Made by a program: the position numbers and the translations under genes. A DNA stretch of 64,000 nt. Source: Bacteroidaceae bacterium. Its GTDB lineage: Bacteria; Bacillota_I; Bacilli_A; RFN20; CAG-826. The notes under the pieces were generated by a model that searched no databases, was not told where the DNA came from, and worked only from the letters and a program-made list of their open reading frames with translations. Numbering within the stretch: the stretch's first letter is position 1; every line of letters starts with the position of its first letter. Shown piece after piece: positions 21,037 through 31,328 of the stretch. The stretch lies in the NCBI GenBank assembly GCA_963624045.1, contig CAVFNI010000007.1, forward strand, positions 21,935 through 85,934, written 5' to 3'.

Positions 21037-21249
21037 ATGGATATTAAAGAATTCAGGGCCTTGTCCCCGAAAGAGCTTGACGAAAAGCTCGCCTCGCTCC
21101 GCCAGCGTCAATTCGAACTCTCCCGCAAGAGAGCCGTCGGCGCCCTCGAACATCCCGATGAAATCGCCTATGTTCGCAAAGATATCGCCAAAGCCGAAAC
21201 CGTGAAGCGTGAGCGTGAGCTCCAAATCAAAGTTCCGGAAGGCAAATAA
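21037..21249 (+). CDS. rpmC: 50S ribosomal protein L29
   Basis: Motif LSPKELDEKLASLRQRQFELS, plus operon position. Confidence 0.9.
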   Translation: MDIKEFRALSPKELDEKLASLRQRQFELSRKRAVGALEHPDEIAYVRKDIAKAETVKRERELQIKVPEGK

Positions 21250-21264
21250 AGAAAGGAGATCAAT

Positions 21265-21627
21265 ATGGAACGCAATAACAGAAGCACTTTCCAGGGAATC
21301 GTGACCGGCACGAAAATGGATAAGACCATCATCGTCACCGTCTCGACCAAACGTAACGATCCCCTTTATGCAAAACGCGTTGGTTATAGCAAAAAATACT
21401 ATGCCCACGATGAAAAACACGAAGCCAAAGAAGGAGACACCGTCACCATCATGGCTTGCCGTCCTATCAGCAAAACCAAGCGCTGGCGTTTGGTAAGCGT
21501 CGATAAGAAGGCCATTGTCGAAAAGAAAGCCGCGGAAGTGGAAGCCACTCTCGAGGCAGCAGAAGGCAGCGCCGAACTTGTTTCCCCCAAGGAAGAAGTT
21601 AAGGAAGAAGCGCCCTCCAAGGAGTAA
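21265..21627 (+). CDS. rpsQ: 30S ribosomal protein S17 with a C-terminal extension
   Basis: Motifs [29 protein letters not shown] and SKTKRWRLV. Confidence 0.92.
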   Translation: MERNNRSTFQGIVTGTKMDKTIIVTVSTKRNDPLYAKRVGYSKKYYAHDEKHEAKEGDTVTIMACRPISKTKRWRLVSVDKKAIVEKKAAEVEATLEAAEGSAELVSPKEEVKEEAPSKE

Positions 21628-21633
21628 TGACCT

Positions 21634-22002
21634 ATGGTGCAAAACGAAACCAATCTCATCGTCGCTGACAATAGCGGCGCCCGTCTCGTCCGCGTCTTCC
21701 GCCAATTCGGCGGTGATCGCAAAAAAGTCTCAACGCTTGGCGATATCGTCATGTGCGCCGTCAAATCGGCCACTCCAAATGGCAAAATCAAAAAAGGCCA
21801 AGTGGTCAAAGGCGTCATCGTCCGCGTTAAGCGCTCCGTCATCCGTAAAGACGGTTCGTCCATTTGCTTCGACGATAACGCCGTCGTGCTCGTCGATGCC
21901 GATGGAAATCCGCTCGGCACCCGTGTCTTCGGGCCAGTGGCACGCGAATTACGCGACAAAGGCTATATGAAAATCATTTCTTTGGCCATGGAAGTTCTAT
22001 AA
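21634..22002 (+). CDS. rplN: 50S ribosomal protein L14
   Basis: Motif [17 protein letters not shown]. Length is 122 aa. Confidence 0.96.
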   Translation: MVQNETNLIVADNSGARLVRVFRQFGGDRKKVSTLGDIVMCAVKSATPNGKIKKGQVVKGVIVRVKRSVIRKDGSSICFDDNAVVLVDADGNPLGTRVFGPVARELRDKGYMKIISLAMEVL

Positions 22003-22016
22003 GGAGAAAGATCACT

Positions 22017-22328
22017 ATGAATATCAAAAAAGGTGATAAGGTGATCGTCCTCTCAGGCGATGACAAAGGCAAGGAAGGACTCGTCCAACGTGTCTATCCG
22101 AAGCTCAATAAAGTCGTCGTTGAGGGCGTGAACGTCCACAAAAAACACAAGAAACCGACGCAAGCGACTCCTGAAGGATCGATTCTCGACATCTATGTCC
22201 CCATCGATGCCTCGAAGGTGGCCCTCATTGATCCGAAGACCAAGAAGGCGACAAGAGTCCATCACAAAGTTGTTGACGGAAAGAAAATCCGTGTTGGCAA
22301 ATCGGGCGAATCGCTCGAGAAGAAGTAA
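22017..22328 (+). CDS. rplX: 50S ribosomal protein L24
   Basis: Motif IKKGDKVIVLSGDDKGKEG (KOW), plus operon position. Confidence 0.93.
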   Translation: MNIKKGDKVIVLSGDDKGKEGLVQRVYPKLNKVVVEGVNVHKKHKKPTQATPEGSILDIYVPIDASKVALIDPKTKKATRVHHKVVDGKKIRVGKSGESLEKK

Positions 22329-22341
22329 GGGAGGATAAACA

Positions 22342-23052
22342 ATGGCTGAAACAAAAAAGACTGCCGCGAAGGCCGCCCCGAAAGCTGCCACCGCGAAAAA
22401 AGCGACCGCGAAGGCTCCGACGAAAGAAACTGCTCCAAAAGCAGAGAAAGTCGTCAAAGAAGCCGCCCCGAAAGCGGAAAAAACCAAAGCCGCTCCCAAA
22501 GAGAAGGCTTATGCGACTCGCTTAGCAAAGCATTATAAAGAAGAAGTGGTGCCCGCTCTCGTTAAGAAGTTCGGTTATACCACCCCGATGCAAGCGCCTC
22601 GCTTCGAAAAAATCGTCATTAACATCGGCGTTGGCGACGCCACGCAAAACGCAAAAGCCCTTGAGGATAGCGTTAACGAACTCGCCACCATCACCGGGCA
22701 ACACCCCGTGGTCACCAAAGCAAAGAAATCTATCGCCACCTTCAAACTTCGCGAAGGCCAAGCGATCGGCTGCAAGGTCACTCTCCGTGGAACGCGCATG
22801 TATGAATTCTATGACAAACTCGTCAGCATCGCCCTTCCTCGCGTCCGCGACTTCCGTGGCGTTTCCAAAAACGCCTTCGACGGCCATGGTAATTACACCC
22901 TCGGCGTCAAAGAACAATTGATCTTCCCGGAAATTGATTACGATAAGATCTCGAAGATCCGCGGCATGGACATCGTCATTGTCACGACATCCAAGACCGA
23001 CGAAGAATGCTTAGAGCTTCTCACATTGATGGGAATGCCCTTCCGGAGGTAA
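22342..23052 (+). CDS. rplE: 50S ribosomal protein L5 with a ~55-aa Lys/Ala/Pro-rich N-terminal extension
   Basis: The core is [20 protein letters not shown]...[15 protein letters not shown]. Length is 236 aa versus about 180 aa typically. Confidence 0.93.
   Translation: MAETKKTAAKAAPKAATAKKATAKAPTKETAPKAEKVVKEAAPKAEKTKAAPKEKAYATRLAKHYKEEVVPALVKKFGYTTPMQAPRFEKIVINIGVGDATQNAKALEDSVNELATITGQHPVVTKAKKSIATFKLREGQAIGCKVTLRGTRMYEFYDKLVSIALPRVRDFRGVSKNAFDGHGNYTLGVKEQLIFPEIDYDKISKIRGMDIVIVTTSKTDEECLELLTLMGMPFRR
22455..22478 (+). repeat. 24-nt segment identical to one in rplV
   Basis: This is an exact match to 19272-19295. Confidence 0.9.
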
Positions 23053-23056
23053 GAAA

Positions 23057-23242
23057 ATGGCTAAGAAAAGTTTAATCGTCAAAGCAAGCCGTCCGCAAAA
23101 ATTCTCAACCCGTGTTTATACGCGTTGCCAACGTTGCGGCCGTCCTCATGGCGTCATCCGCAAATTCGGATTATGCCGTATCTGCCTTCGCGAAATGGCC
23201 TACAAAGGTGAAATCCCAGGCATGAAAAAAGCCTCTTGGTAA
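23057..23242 (+). CDS. rpsN: 30S ribosomal protein S14, short zinc-binding type (type Z)
   Basis: 61 aa with a CxxC...CxxC arrangement ([24 protein letters not shown]). Confidence 0.93.
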   Translation: MAKKSLIVKASRPQKFSTRVYTRCQRCGRPHGVIRKFGLCRICLREMAYKGEIPGMKKASW

Positions 23243-23263
23243 TAAGGAAAGGAGAAAAAGAAC

Positions 23264-23659
23264 ATGAATATGGATCCGATTGCCGATATGCTCACCCGCA
23301 TCCGCAACGCGAATGCCCTCCATTATGAGCAAGTCTCCATGCCTTATAGCAAAATGAAGGCTTCCATCGCTAAGATTCTTAAGAAAGAAGGCTACATCCT
23401 TGACTTCTCAGTCGAAGGAAGTGGCGTTCATAAGAACCTCGTCGTCTCTCTTAAATACGGCCCGACTGGCGAACGCGTCATCTCTGGTCTTAAGAGAATT
23501 AGCAAACCCGGTCTCCGCGTGAACGTGGAATGCGATAAGCTTCCCCGCGTCCTCAAAGGGCTTGGCATTGCCATCATCAGCACCAGCAAAGGCCTTTTGA
23601 CCGATAGCGAAGCCCGCAAGGCTGGCATCGGCGGCGAAGTCATTTGCTACGTTTGGTAA
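23264..23659 (+). CDS. rpsH: 30S ribosomal protein S8
   Basis: Motif [13 protein letters not shown]. Confidence 0.95.
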   Translation: MNMDPIADMLTRIRNANALHYEQVSMPYSKMKASIAKILKKEGYILDFSVEGSGVHKNLVVSLKYGPTGERVISGLKRISKPGLRVNVECDKLPRVLKGLGIAIISTSKGLLTDSEARKAGIGGEVICYVW

Positions 23660-23676
23660 TTTAAGGAGAAGAGAAA

Positions 23677-24255
23677 ATGTCTCGAATTGGATTTAAACCC
23701 ATCTCTCTTCCAGAAGGCGTCAGCTATCAAATCGCTGATGGCCTTATGACCGTCAAAGGTCCCTTAGGCGAAGTAAGCGTCCATATTCCTTCGGACGTCA
23801 GCGTCTCTGAGAAGGACGGTCACCTCCATGTCGCTCCGATTAACGGAGCCACCGAGGAAGCCGGCAAAGACCGCCAAGGAAGTGAGAACCACGGCACAAC
23901 CGCCGCCAACATCAATAATGCTGTCATCGGCGTTACCAAAGGTTGGAAGAAGGAATTAGAAATCAATGGTACCGGTTACCGCGCCTCTATCAAAGGCGAC
24001 TCGGTCAGCATGTTCCTTGGTTATAGCCATGAGGTCTTAGTGGCCCCCGTTGGCAAATATACCAAGATCACTTGCCCCGACGAAACCCATGTTACGGTGA
24101 CTGGCTGCGACAAGCACGACGTCGGGCAGACGGCCGCTTATATTTACGATAAGCATCGTCCAGACGTCTATGGTCAAAAGGGTGTCCATTATGTTGGTCA
24201 ACACCTCATCAAGAAAGTCGGCAAACGCGCTTCGGCGGGTTCCGGCAAGAAATAA
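23677..24255 (+). CDS. rplF: 50S ribosomal protein L6
   Basis: Motifs MSRIGFKPISLPEGV and LEINGTGYRA. Confidence 0.93.
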   Translation: MSRIGFKPISLPEGVSYQIADGLMTVKGPLGEVSVHIPSDVSVSEKDGHLHVAPINGATEEAGKDRQGSENHGTTAANINNAVIGVTKGWKKELEINGTGYRASIKGDSVSMFLGYSHEVLVAPVGKYTKITCPDETHVTVTGCDKHDVGQTAAYIYDKHRPDVYGQKGVHYVGQHLIKKVGKRASAGSGKK

Positions 24256-24268
24256 GGAGAGCTAAGAT

Positions 24269-24625
24269 ATGATTCATAAAGAGTCCCGTCGCCTCGTTCG
24301 TGACCGCCGTCACGCGAGGGTCCGTGAAAAAGTCTTCGGAACAGCGCTCCGTCCACGCTTGGTCGTCTTCCGTAGCAATAAGCACATCGAAGCCCAAATC
24401 ATCGATGATACCAAGGGATATACCCTCGTTTCCGCCTCGAGCGTCCAACTTAAGCTCGCTAACGGCGGCAACGTTGAAGCCGCCACTAAGGTCGGCGAAG
24501 CCTTGGCCGAAAAAGCCAAAAAGGCTGGTATTAGCGAAGTCGTCTTCGATCGTGGTGGATATCAATACCACGGCCGTGTCGCCGCTTTGGCGGACGGCGC
24601 TCGCAAAGGAGGCTTAGTTTTCTAA
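24269..24625 (+). CDS. rplR: 50S ribosomal protein L18
   Basis: Motifs [34 protein letters not shown] and [24 protein letters not shown]. Confidence 0.95.
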   Translation: MIHKESRRLVRDRRHARVREKVFGTALRPRLVVFRSNKHIEAQIIDDTKGYTLVSASSVQLKLANGGNVEAATKVGEALAEKAKKAGISEVVFDRGGYQYHGRVAALADGARKGGLVF

Positions 24626-24634
24626 GGAGAACCC

Positions 24635-25351
24635 ATGGAAGAAAATAAAGAAGTTGCGGTTAATGCTACCGCCGAAAATCAGCCCGCAGAAAAGAAAGTC
24701 ACCGGCAACCCCGGCTACGAGCCTCATGGTTCTCGTTATGCGGAACGCCCTGGATCCCGCAAATACGGCGATCGCAAAGGACGTCCTGGCGAAAGACGTG
24801 GCGGTCGTGGCGGGTTCCGTCGCGAAGTCGATGAATTCCAAGACCGCGTCGTCGATATCAATAAAGTCACCCGTGTCGAAAAGGGTGGCAAACACATGCG
24901 CTTCGCCGCTTTGGTGGTCGTTGGCGACAACAAAGGCCATTATGGCTTCGCGATGCGTAAATCGGGCGAAGTCCCCGATGCCATCAAGAAATCCTTGACG
25001 GCCGCCAAGAAAGACCTTCATTCCATCCATATCGCCAAAGGCGGTACCATTGCGCACCCTGTGCAAGGGCACTTCACTTCGACGACCGTCTTCCTCAAGC
25101 CAGCCCCACAAGGCACTGGCGTTGTGGCCGGCGGCGCTGTCCGTGCGATTTTGGAACTTGCTGGCATCAAGAACGTTTATTCTAAGGTTTACGGTTCCCG
25201 TACCCCAGTCAACGTCATCAATGCCACGCATATCGCGCTCTCTAGCCTCAAGGAATACAACAAAATCATGGTTCTCCGTGGTTTGAAGAACCCCGAAGAG
25301 GTTAAGAACCCTCAAGTCAAAAATGACGTCGAAGAGAAGGAGGCTAAGTAA
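24635..25351 (+). CDS. rpsE: 30S ribosomal protein S5 with a ~65-aa Arg/Gly-rich N-terminal extension
   Basis: The core is [34 protein letters not shown]. Length is 238 aa versus about 165 aa typically. Confidence 0.93.
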   Translation: MEENKEVAVNATAENQPAEKKVTGNPGYEPHGSRYAERPGSRKYGDRKGRPGERRGGRGGFRREVDEFQDRVVDINKVTRVEKGGKHMRFAALVVVGDNKGHYGFAMRKSGEVPDAIKKSLTAAKKDLHSIHIAKGGTIAHPVQGHFTSTTVFLKPAPQGTGVVAGGAVRAILELAGIKNVYSKVYGSRTPVNVINATHIALSSLKEYNKIMVLRGLKNPEEVKNPQVKNDVEEKEAK

Positions 25352-25353
25352 TT

Positions 25354-25800
25354 ATGGCAAACAATCTCCATTCCATCGTTGTTGCGGAAGGTTCTAAGAA
25401 AGAACATTTCCGCCGCGGCCAAGGTTTAGGCTCTGGCAATGGTAAGACCGCCGGCAAAGGCCAAAAAGGCCAAGGCGCTCATGCCCACACCAAAAAGCAT
25501 GGTTTCGAAGGCGGCCAAATGCCTCTTGCGAGACGCTTGCCGAAATATGGCTTCAACAACGTCGTTCGTGTTGAATTCGCTATCGTCAATCTTTCTTCCC
25601 TTGAATCCTTTGAGGATGGAGCGGTGGTCGACAAAGCCGCGCTCGTCGAAAAAGGATTGGTGAAAAAGAATGTTCCGGGGGTTAAAATCCTTGGTAATGG
25701 CAAATTGAGCAAAAAACTCACTGTCAAAGCCAACGCCTTCTCGGCCTCTGCGAAAGCGGCTATCGAAGAGAAAGGCGGCGTCATCGAGGTCATTAAGTAA
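25354..25800 (+). CDS. rplO: 50S ribosomal protein L15
   Basis: Motifs [15 protein letters not shown] and [14 protein letters not shown]. It starts 2 nt after the rpsE stop, so no rpmD lies between them. Confidence 0.95.
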   Translation: MANNLHSIVVAEGSKKEHFRRGQGLGSGNGKTAGKGQKGQGAHAHTKKHGFEGGQMPLARRLPKYGFNNVVRVEFAIVNLSSLESFEDGAVVDKAALVEKGLVKKNVPGVKILGNGKLSKKLTVKANAFSASAKAAIEEKGGVIEVIK

Positions 25801-27158
25801 TGAAAAAATTCGTCTCGATCTTCAAAAACAAAGAAATCGTCAACCGTATTTTCTTCACGGTCATGATTCTCTTCGTCATCCGGATCGGGGCGGCCATTAC
25901 GGTACCGGGAATCAAGGTGAGCGAAGAGCTCTCCAACATCATGAACAGCGGCAATTCGCTTGCCATCATGGATTTGTTGGGCGGCGGCGCTCTCTCGAAT
26001 TTCAGTATCTTCGCCCTCGGCGTTTCGCCCTATATTACCTCTCAGATCATCATCCAATTGCTTTCTAAAGACGTTCTCCCCGCCTTGACGGAATTAAGCA
26101 AGCAAGGCGAATACGGGCGCAAGAAGAAAGAGATGGCCACTCGTTATCTCACCCTTCTATTAGGCGCTGTGCAAGGTTATGGCATCATCAAAACGATGCA
26201 AAACCAAAATTATATCTCCTTGTCGCTTGCTGATAATTTCTGGACGTACGCTTATATCGTTACCATCCTCTTGGCTGGCGCGATGCTTACGATGTGGCTC
26301 GGCGACCAAATCACGGAAAAAGGCATAGGTAATGGCATCTCCGTTATCATCTTTGCCGGCTGCGTGAGAAGCTTGCCAACCCAAATCACGACCGCTTGGA
26401 GCAAATGGATCACTCAAAACGTGACCAGGGGTTCTAGTGAAATGATTCAAGGAGCCTTCCAATTCGCCCTCTATATCTTGGCGATGGTGCTTATCACCTC
26501 CTTCGTCGTCTTCGTAGAATTATCAAAGAGAAAGATACCGGTCCAACATGCTGGCAAAGGTGGTAGCAACGCCTCCTTAGCTCGCGCTAGCTTCTTGCCC
26601 ATCAAGATCAATAGCGCCGGTGTCATCCCCGTTATCTTCGCTTCCAGCATCATGAGCGCTCCAAGCATTATCGCGAGTTTCATCTCGAGCGATGCCGCCA
26701 ACGCCGAATGGCTTAAGATCTTCAATTATAACGACACCTTCTTAATGCCATGGTTCGATGGCACCCATTGGAAGATGAATTGGGGCCTCTTCATTTATTT
26801 GGCTCTAATCATCGCCTTCTGCTTCTTCTATGCGCAAATGCAAATAGATCCCGAACAATTGGCTGATAATTTCCAAAAGAACGGTTCTTATATCCCTGGC
26901 ATCCGACCGGGCAAAGAAACGGAACGATATGTCGGCAAAGTGCTTAATCGCGTCACCTTTATCGGCGCTATCGCCTTGTCGGTTATCGCCGCCTTGCCGA
27001 TTGTGCTAGTTTGGGCCAATGCCTTTGGCACCGACACTTCCTTAGCCATCGGCGGCACGGGACTTATCATCATCGTTGGCGTTGCCTTGGAAATCAATTC
27101 GCAAATCGACGGCCTTCTCGCTGGCAAATCATTCGACCAAATCAAGGAGGTCGCTTAA
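25800..27158 (+). CDS. secY: Preprotein translocase subunit SecY
   Basis: Motifs FALGVSPYITSQIIIQLL and GNGISVIIFAG. It is a polytopic protein of 452 aa. Confidence 0.96.
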   Translation: MKKFVSIFKNKEIVNRIFFTVMILFVIRIGAAITVPGIKVSEELSNIMNSGNSLAIMDLLGGGALSNFSIFALGVSPYITSQIIIQLLSKDVLPALTELSKQGEYGRKKKEMATRYLTLLLGAVQGYGIIKTMQNQNYISLSLADNFWTYAYIVTILLAGAMLTMWLGDQITEKGIGNGISVIIFAGCVRSLPTQITTAWSKWITQNVTRGSSEMIQGAFQFALYILAMVLITSFVVFVELSKRKIPVQHAGKGGSNASLARASFLPIKINSAGVIPVIFASSIMSAPSIIASFISSDAANAEWLKIFNYNDTFLMPWFDGTHWKMNWGLFIYLALIIAFCFFYAQMQIDPEQLADNFQKNGSYIPGIRPGKETERYVGKVLNRVTFIGAIALSVIAALPIVLVWANAFGTDTSLAIGGTGLIIIVGVALEINSQIDGLLAGKSFDQIKEVA

Positions 27159-27811
27159 TGCTTAATATCATCCTAATGGGCCCGCCTGGCGCGGGTAAGG
27201 GAACCCATGCCAAATGGATCGCCAAAGACTTCAATATCCCCCATATTTCCACCGGAGATATGTTCCGTGAAGCGATGTCTAGCGGTTCGGAACTTGGCAA
27301 TACAATCAAAGACGTCATTAACCGCGGCGATTTGGTGAGCGATGAGCTTACCTGCGCCTTGGTGAAGGAGAGACTATCTCGCCCCGATTGCGAAAATGGC
27401 TATCTCCTCGACGGCTTCCCGAGGACCATTCCTCAAGCCGAGACTTGGGATAAGGTCTCCAAGGAAATCGGCCGTGAGGTCAATCTGGTGATTAACATCG
27501 CTGCCCCGGACGAATTGTTGGTGAGCCGCATTGCCGGCCGCCGCGTTTGTCCGAAGTGCGGCGCTAGTTATAACGTCAACACGATGAAGCCGAAAAAAGA
27601 AGGCGTTTGCGATGCCTGCTCTTCCGACCTCATTCAGCGCAAGGACGATAATGAAGAAAGCTTCAAAGTCCGCCTTGCCAATTACTACAAGAGCACAGCC
27701 CCTCTCTTGGATTATTACAAGAGCGCAGGGCTTCTCTCTGACTTCGACGGTTCCGTCGGGGCCAGTGACCTCAAAAAAGAGCTAACCACTCTTCTCGAGG
27801 CCAATAGATGA
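27158..27811 (+). CDS. adk: Adenylate kinase (zinc-lid type)
   Basis: MLNIILMGPPGAGKGTHAKW, with lid CPKCGASY...CDACSS. The ATG overlaps the secY stop (TAATG). The track's upstream start at 27011 is rejected. Confidence 0.95.
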   Translation: MLNIILMGPPGAGKGTHAKWIAKDFNIPHISTGDMFREAMSSGSELGNTIKDVINRGDLVSDELTCALVKERLSRPDCENGYLLDGFPRTIPQAETWDKVSKEIGREVNLVINIAAPDELLVSRIAGRRVCPKCGASYNVNTMKPKKEGVCDACSSDLIQRKDDNEESFKVRLANYYKSTAPLLDYYKSAGLLSDFDGSVGASDLKKELTTLLEANR

Positions 27812-28560
27812 TCATCATCAAGTCTCCGCGCGAGATTGAGCTCATGCGGAAGGCCGGCGCTCTGACAGCTAAGGTCTTCGATGTTGTGGGCCCTCTCGTC
27901 AAGCCTGGGGTGAGCACTCTCTACTTATCGGAAATGGCTGAGAGAGTCATTAACGAAGGAGGGGGAGAGGCCGCTAGCAAAGGCTATGGCGGATTCCCAG
28001 GAGCCATTTGTACTTCTGTTAACGAAGTGCTGGTGCATGGGATCCCATCGGATAAGCGCATTCTTACCGATGGGGACATTATTTCCCTCGATGTGGTGGC
28101 TAAATTAGATGGTTACCATGGCGATGCTTGCCGGACCTATCCGGTGGGGATATGCAAAGAAGAAAGAATCCGCCTGATTCGCGTCACGGAGGAATGCTTC
28201 TATAATGCCGTATCGAAAATACATGAAGGCGCCTATCTAGGCGATGTCGAGCACGCGATTCAGACGACAGCCGAAGCAAACGGATATTCGCTGCCGCTAG
28301 AATACACCGGTCACGGCATCGGGCGTGAAATGCACGAGGATCCCTATATTCCATGTTATGGGAAAGAAGGGACGGGCCCCATCTTGAAAGCGGGCATGAC
28401 CTTGGCCATCGAACCTATGGTGATGATGGGCAAGAATAAGCTTCGCATTCTAAACGATGGATGGACGGCGGTCAGCAAAGACGGCGAGCCCAGTGCCCAT
28501 TATGAAAACACAGTACTGGTGACGGAAAGTGGGTATGAGATACTCACCAAAAGCCACTAG
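27808..28560 (+). CDS. map: Type I methionine aminopeptidase
   Basis: Motifs [35 protein letters not shown] and LAIEPM. Confidence 0.95.
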   Translation: MIIIKSPREIELMRKAGALTAKVFDVVGPLVKPGVSTLYLSEMAERVINEGGGEAASKGYGGFPGAICTSVNEVLVHGIPSDKRILTDGDIISLDVVAKLDGYHGDACRTYPVGICKEERIRLIRVTEECFYNAVSKIHEGAYLGDVEHAIQTTAEANGYSLPLEYTGHGIGREMHEDPYIPCYGKEGTGPILKAGMTLAIEPMVMMGKNKLRILNDGWTAVSKDGEPSAHYENTVLVTESGYEILTKSH

Positions 28561-28577
28561 ACGAGGAGGACACTCTA

Positions 28578-28799
28578 TTGAGTAAAGAAGATTGCATTGA
28601 AGTTGAGGCCACGGTGTTGGAGAATCTCCCCAACGCCATGTTTAAGGTCAAACTCGCCAATGGAGCGGTGGTTCTAGCCTGCGTTTCGGGAAAAATTCGG
28701 ATGCATTACATCCGCATTCTCCCCGGCGATCGAGTCACTGTCCAATTCTCGCCTTATGATTTAACACGCGGGCGTATCACCTTCCGTTACAAGAATTAA
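28578..28799 (+). CDS. infA: Translation initiation factor IF-1 (TTG start)
   Basis: [25 protein letters not shown]...[16 protein letters not shown]. Confidence 0.95.
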   Translation: MSKEDCIEVEATVLENLPNAMFKVKLANGAVVLACVSGKIRMHYIRILPGDRVTVQFSPYDLTRGRITFRYKN

Positions 28800-28835
28800 G
28801 CAACTAACGTTTGCGATAAAGAGAGGAAAAACGTT

Positions 28836-28949
28836 ATGAAAGTCAGACCAAGCGTCAAACCTATCTGCGATAAATGCAAAATCATCCGCCGTCATGGCGT
28901 CGTCATGTGCATTTGCTCCAATCCGAAGCACAAGCAGAGACAAGGTTAA
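28836..28949 (+). CDS. rpmJ: 50S ribosomal protein L36
   Basis: Manual translation gives [50 protein letters not shown] lies upstream. The ORF is below the size cutoff of the ORF track. Confidence 0.93.
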   Translation: MKVRPSVKPICDKCKIIRRHGVVMCICSNPKHKQRQG

Positions 28950-28970
28950 TTTAAGGAGAAGAAAACCTAT

Positions 28971-29348
28971 ATGGCACGTTTAGCAGGGGTGGATATCCCA
29001 TCCGAAAAACGCGTTGTGATTTCCCTTACCTACATCTATGGTATCGGTGACACGACCGCAAAGAAGATTTGCAAAGCCGCTGGTGTCAATGAAGACATCC
29101 GCGTCAAGAATTTGACCGACGAACAACTCGTGGCTCTACGCACCGAAGTCGCCAAACACAAAACGGAAGGCGACCTCCGCCGCGAAATCGCGATGAACAT
29201 CAAACGTCTCACGGAAATTGGCTGCTACCGCGGCATCCGTCATAAGAGAGGCTTACCTGTGCGCGGGCAACGCACCAAAACCAACGCCCGTACCCGTAAA
29301 GGCAAGCGTAAGACCATCGCCAACAAGAAAGAAGCCACCAAAGGCTAG
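28971..29348 (+). CDS. rpsM: 30S ribosomal protein S13
   Basis: Motifs [10 protein letters not shown] and [23 protein letters not shown]. Confidence 0.95.
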   Translation: MARLAGVDIPSEKRVVISLTYIYGIGDTTAKKICKAAGVNEDIRVKNLTDEQLVALRTEVAKHKTEGDLRREIAMNIKRLTEIGCYRGIRHKRGLPVRGQRTKTNARTRKGKRKTIANKKEATKG

Positions 29349-29369
29349 AGAAAAGGAGGCTAATTCACA

Positions 29370-29786
29370 ATGGCTGATACAAAATCTGCCGGCAAAGGCA
29401 AAAAGGCGACCAGCGCGCGCAAGAAGAAAATCAAGCGCAATTTTACCCGCGGCGTCGCACACATTCATAGTTCCTTCAACAACACCATCGTTACCATCAC
29501 CGATCCGCAAGGCAATGTCATTGCCTGGAGCAGCGCTGGTGCGCTCGGTTACAAAGGCGCCAAGAAATCTACCCCATTTGCGGCTCAGCTCGCTTCCGAA
29601 GCGGCTGGTAAATCCGCCTATGATCAGGGGCTACGTCAAGTCGATGTCGATGTCAAAGGCCCAGGCCCAGGCCGCGAAAGCGCTGTGCGCGCTCTCGCCA
29701 ACGTTGGCCTTCAAGTCCTATCGATCACCGACACCACGCCGATTCCTCATAACGGCTGCCGCCCGCCGAAACGCCCCAGAGGCTAG
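29370..29786 (+). CDS. rpsK: 30S ribosomal protein S11
   Basis: Motifs [18 protein letters not shown] and [15 protein letters not shown]. Confidence 0.95.
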   Translation: MADTKSAGKGKKATSARKKKIKRNFTRGVAHIHSSFNNTIVTITDPQGNVIAWSSAGALGYKGAKKSTPFAAQLASEAAGKSAYDQGLRQVDVDVKGPGPGRESAVRALANVGLQVLSITDTTPIPHNGCRPPKRPRG

Positions 29787-29817
29787 TTTCTAATTGATCA
29801 TAGGAGGATCATCACAC

Positions 29818-30822
29818 ATGGCAATTAATAACGAAGTCAAAGCGGAAGAGATCCGCCTTCCCAACCCTTTTCAACCATTCGAAGTCAAAATTGACGTCAA
29901 CGATGAAAGCGAGCATTATGCCCGTTTCGTGATAGAACCACTTGAACGTGGCTTCGGACTGACCGTCGGTAATGCCCTTCGTCGCGTTTTGCTTAGCGCC
30001 CTTCCTGGCGCTAGCGTCTTCGCCGTCCATATCGAAGGCGTCCGTCATGAATTTAGCGCCATCCCTGGCGTCGAAGAAGACGTCACCGCCATCATCCTTA
30101 ATCTTAAGGACCTTGTTCTTAAGGTCGATAGCTCGGTGGGCGACGTCAAAATCCTTAGCGTCGATTTCCAAGGCCCTGGCGTTTTGAAAGCCGGCGATTT
30201 GGAAACGCCCGCCCTCGTGGAAGTCATCAACAAAGATTTGGAGATTGCCCATCTTAACAAAGACGGCCATCTGCAAATGACGATTTATGTGGGAACTGGA
30301 CGCGGTTATATCACGAGCGAAGGAAACAAAATCGAGCGCAAAATCGAAAGCGTGAGCGTCATTCCGACCGATAGCAATTTCTCGCCGGTCACGAAAGTCG
30401 CTTATAGCGTCGAACCGACGCGTGTTGAACATGATTCCAAGTTCGACAAATTGACGCTAGAGATTACGACCAACGGCTCTGTCAAGCCTTACGAGGCTTT
30501 GGCGATGGCCGGTGAATTGTTGGTCATGCATTTCAATGAATTCACCAAACTCGACAGCGTTGTCAAAAATTACAAGACCGTCAAAGACGATCTCAAGATG
30601 GAAGACAACAAATATCAGGACATGATGATTGAAGAACTCGATTTGAGCGTCCGTAGCAACAACTGCCTCAAGCGCGCTGGCATTAGCACCGTCATGGAAC
30701 TCACTCAAAAGAGCGAAGACGAGATGATGAAAGTGCGTAATTTGGGCAAGAAATCGCTTAAAGAAGTGAAAGAGAAGCTTGCGACTTGCGGGCTTCATTT
30801 CCGCGATTACGTAGGAGAATAA
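29818..30822 (+). CDS. rpoA: DNA-directed RNA polymerase subunit alpha
   Basis: Motifs FVIEPLERGFGLTVGNALRRVLLS and ELDLSVRSNNCLKRAGI. The ATG at 29818 follows an AGGAGG SD; the track's upstream TTG at 29794 is less likely. Confidence 0.95.
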   Translation: MAINNEVKAEEIRLPNPFQPFEVKIDVNDESEHYARFVIEPLERGFGLTVGNALRRVLLSALPGASVFAVHIEGVRHEFSAIPGVEEDVTAIILNLKDLVLKVDSSVGDVKILSVDFQGPGVLKAGDLETPALVEVINKDLEIAHLNKDGHLQMTIYVGTGRGYITSEGNKIERKIESVSVIPTDSNFSPVTKVAYSVEPTRVEHDSKFDKLTLEITTNGSVKPYEALAMAGELLVMHFNEFTKLDSVVKNYKTVKDDLKMEDNKYQDMMIEELDLSVRSNNCLKRAGISTVMELTQKSEDEMMKVRNLGKKSLKEVKEKLATCGLHFRDYVGE

Positions 30823-30825
30823 AAT

Positions 30826-31227
30826 ATGGCAGCAATAGGAAGAAAGAACGTCCACGGCAAAGCTGGCGTTCGCTTCAAAACCGGTTACACGGCTTCGAAG
30901 AATTACAACATGCTTCGCAACGTCGTTAGCGAGCTTATCGTCCATGGTCAAGTGAAGGTCACCTCTGGCGTTACGCCGGAGCTTGTCGCCCTCGCCGCCA
31001 AGATGGTGACTTACGCCAAGGCTGGCGATGTGGCTTCCCGCCGTCAAGCCGCTCGCGTTATTCGCCATGGCATCGTCGATGAAAACGGCACCGAGGCCCT
31101 TGATAAATTATTCAAGGAAATCGGTCCAAAATTCAAAGACCGCCAAGGTGGCTACACCAGTGTCCTTAAGCTTGGGGCCCGCAAAGGCGATAACGCCGAA
31201 GTGGAACTCGTCCGCTGGGTCGACTAA
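30826..31227 (+). CDS. rplQ: 50S ribosomal protein L17
   Basis: Motifs RNVVSELIVHGQVKVT and GGYTSVLKLGARKGDNAE. Confidence 0.92.
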   Translation: MAAIGRKNVHGKAGVRFKTGYTASKNYNMLRNVVSELIVHGQVKVTSGVTPELVALAAKMVTYAKAGDVASRRQAARVIRHGIVDENGTEALDKLFKEIGPKFKDRQGGYTSVLKLGARKGDNAEVELVRWVD

Positions 31228-31238
31228 AAACGGTAAAT

Positions 31239-31277
31239 GGCAAGGCTTCTCCTTATGAGGGGCCTTTTGCCCTTTTT
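31239..31277 (+). terminator. Rho-independent terminator ending the alpha operon
   Basis: Long imperfect hairpin pairing 31239-31251 with 31257-31271 (loop CTTAT, one 2-nt bulge), followed by CTTTTTGT. Confidence 0.7.
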
Positions 31278-31328
31278 GTAGTTTTAATCCATTATTTTTA
31301 ATATCATATTAGAAAAGGAGCGAAAAAC

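Noticed and set aside
20827-21705. A 292-aa minus-strand ORF, with similar long minus or out-of-frame ORFs at 24614-25315, 16809-17198, 29812-30432, 30457-31068, 61824-62462, 62490-63065 and 29218-29793.
   Set aside because: All lie antisense to, or out of frame within, unmistakable ribosomal-protein, rpoA or fusA genes. Their translations are low-complexity (Gly/Ala/Asp/Phe-rich) and carry no SD or family motifs. They are shadow ORFs produced by codon bias.
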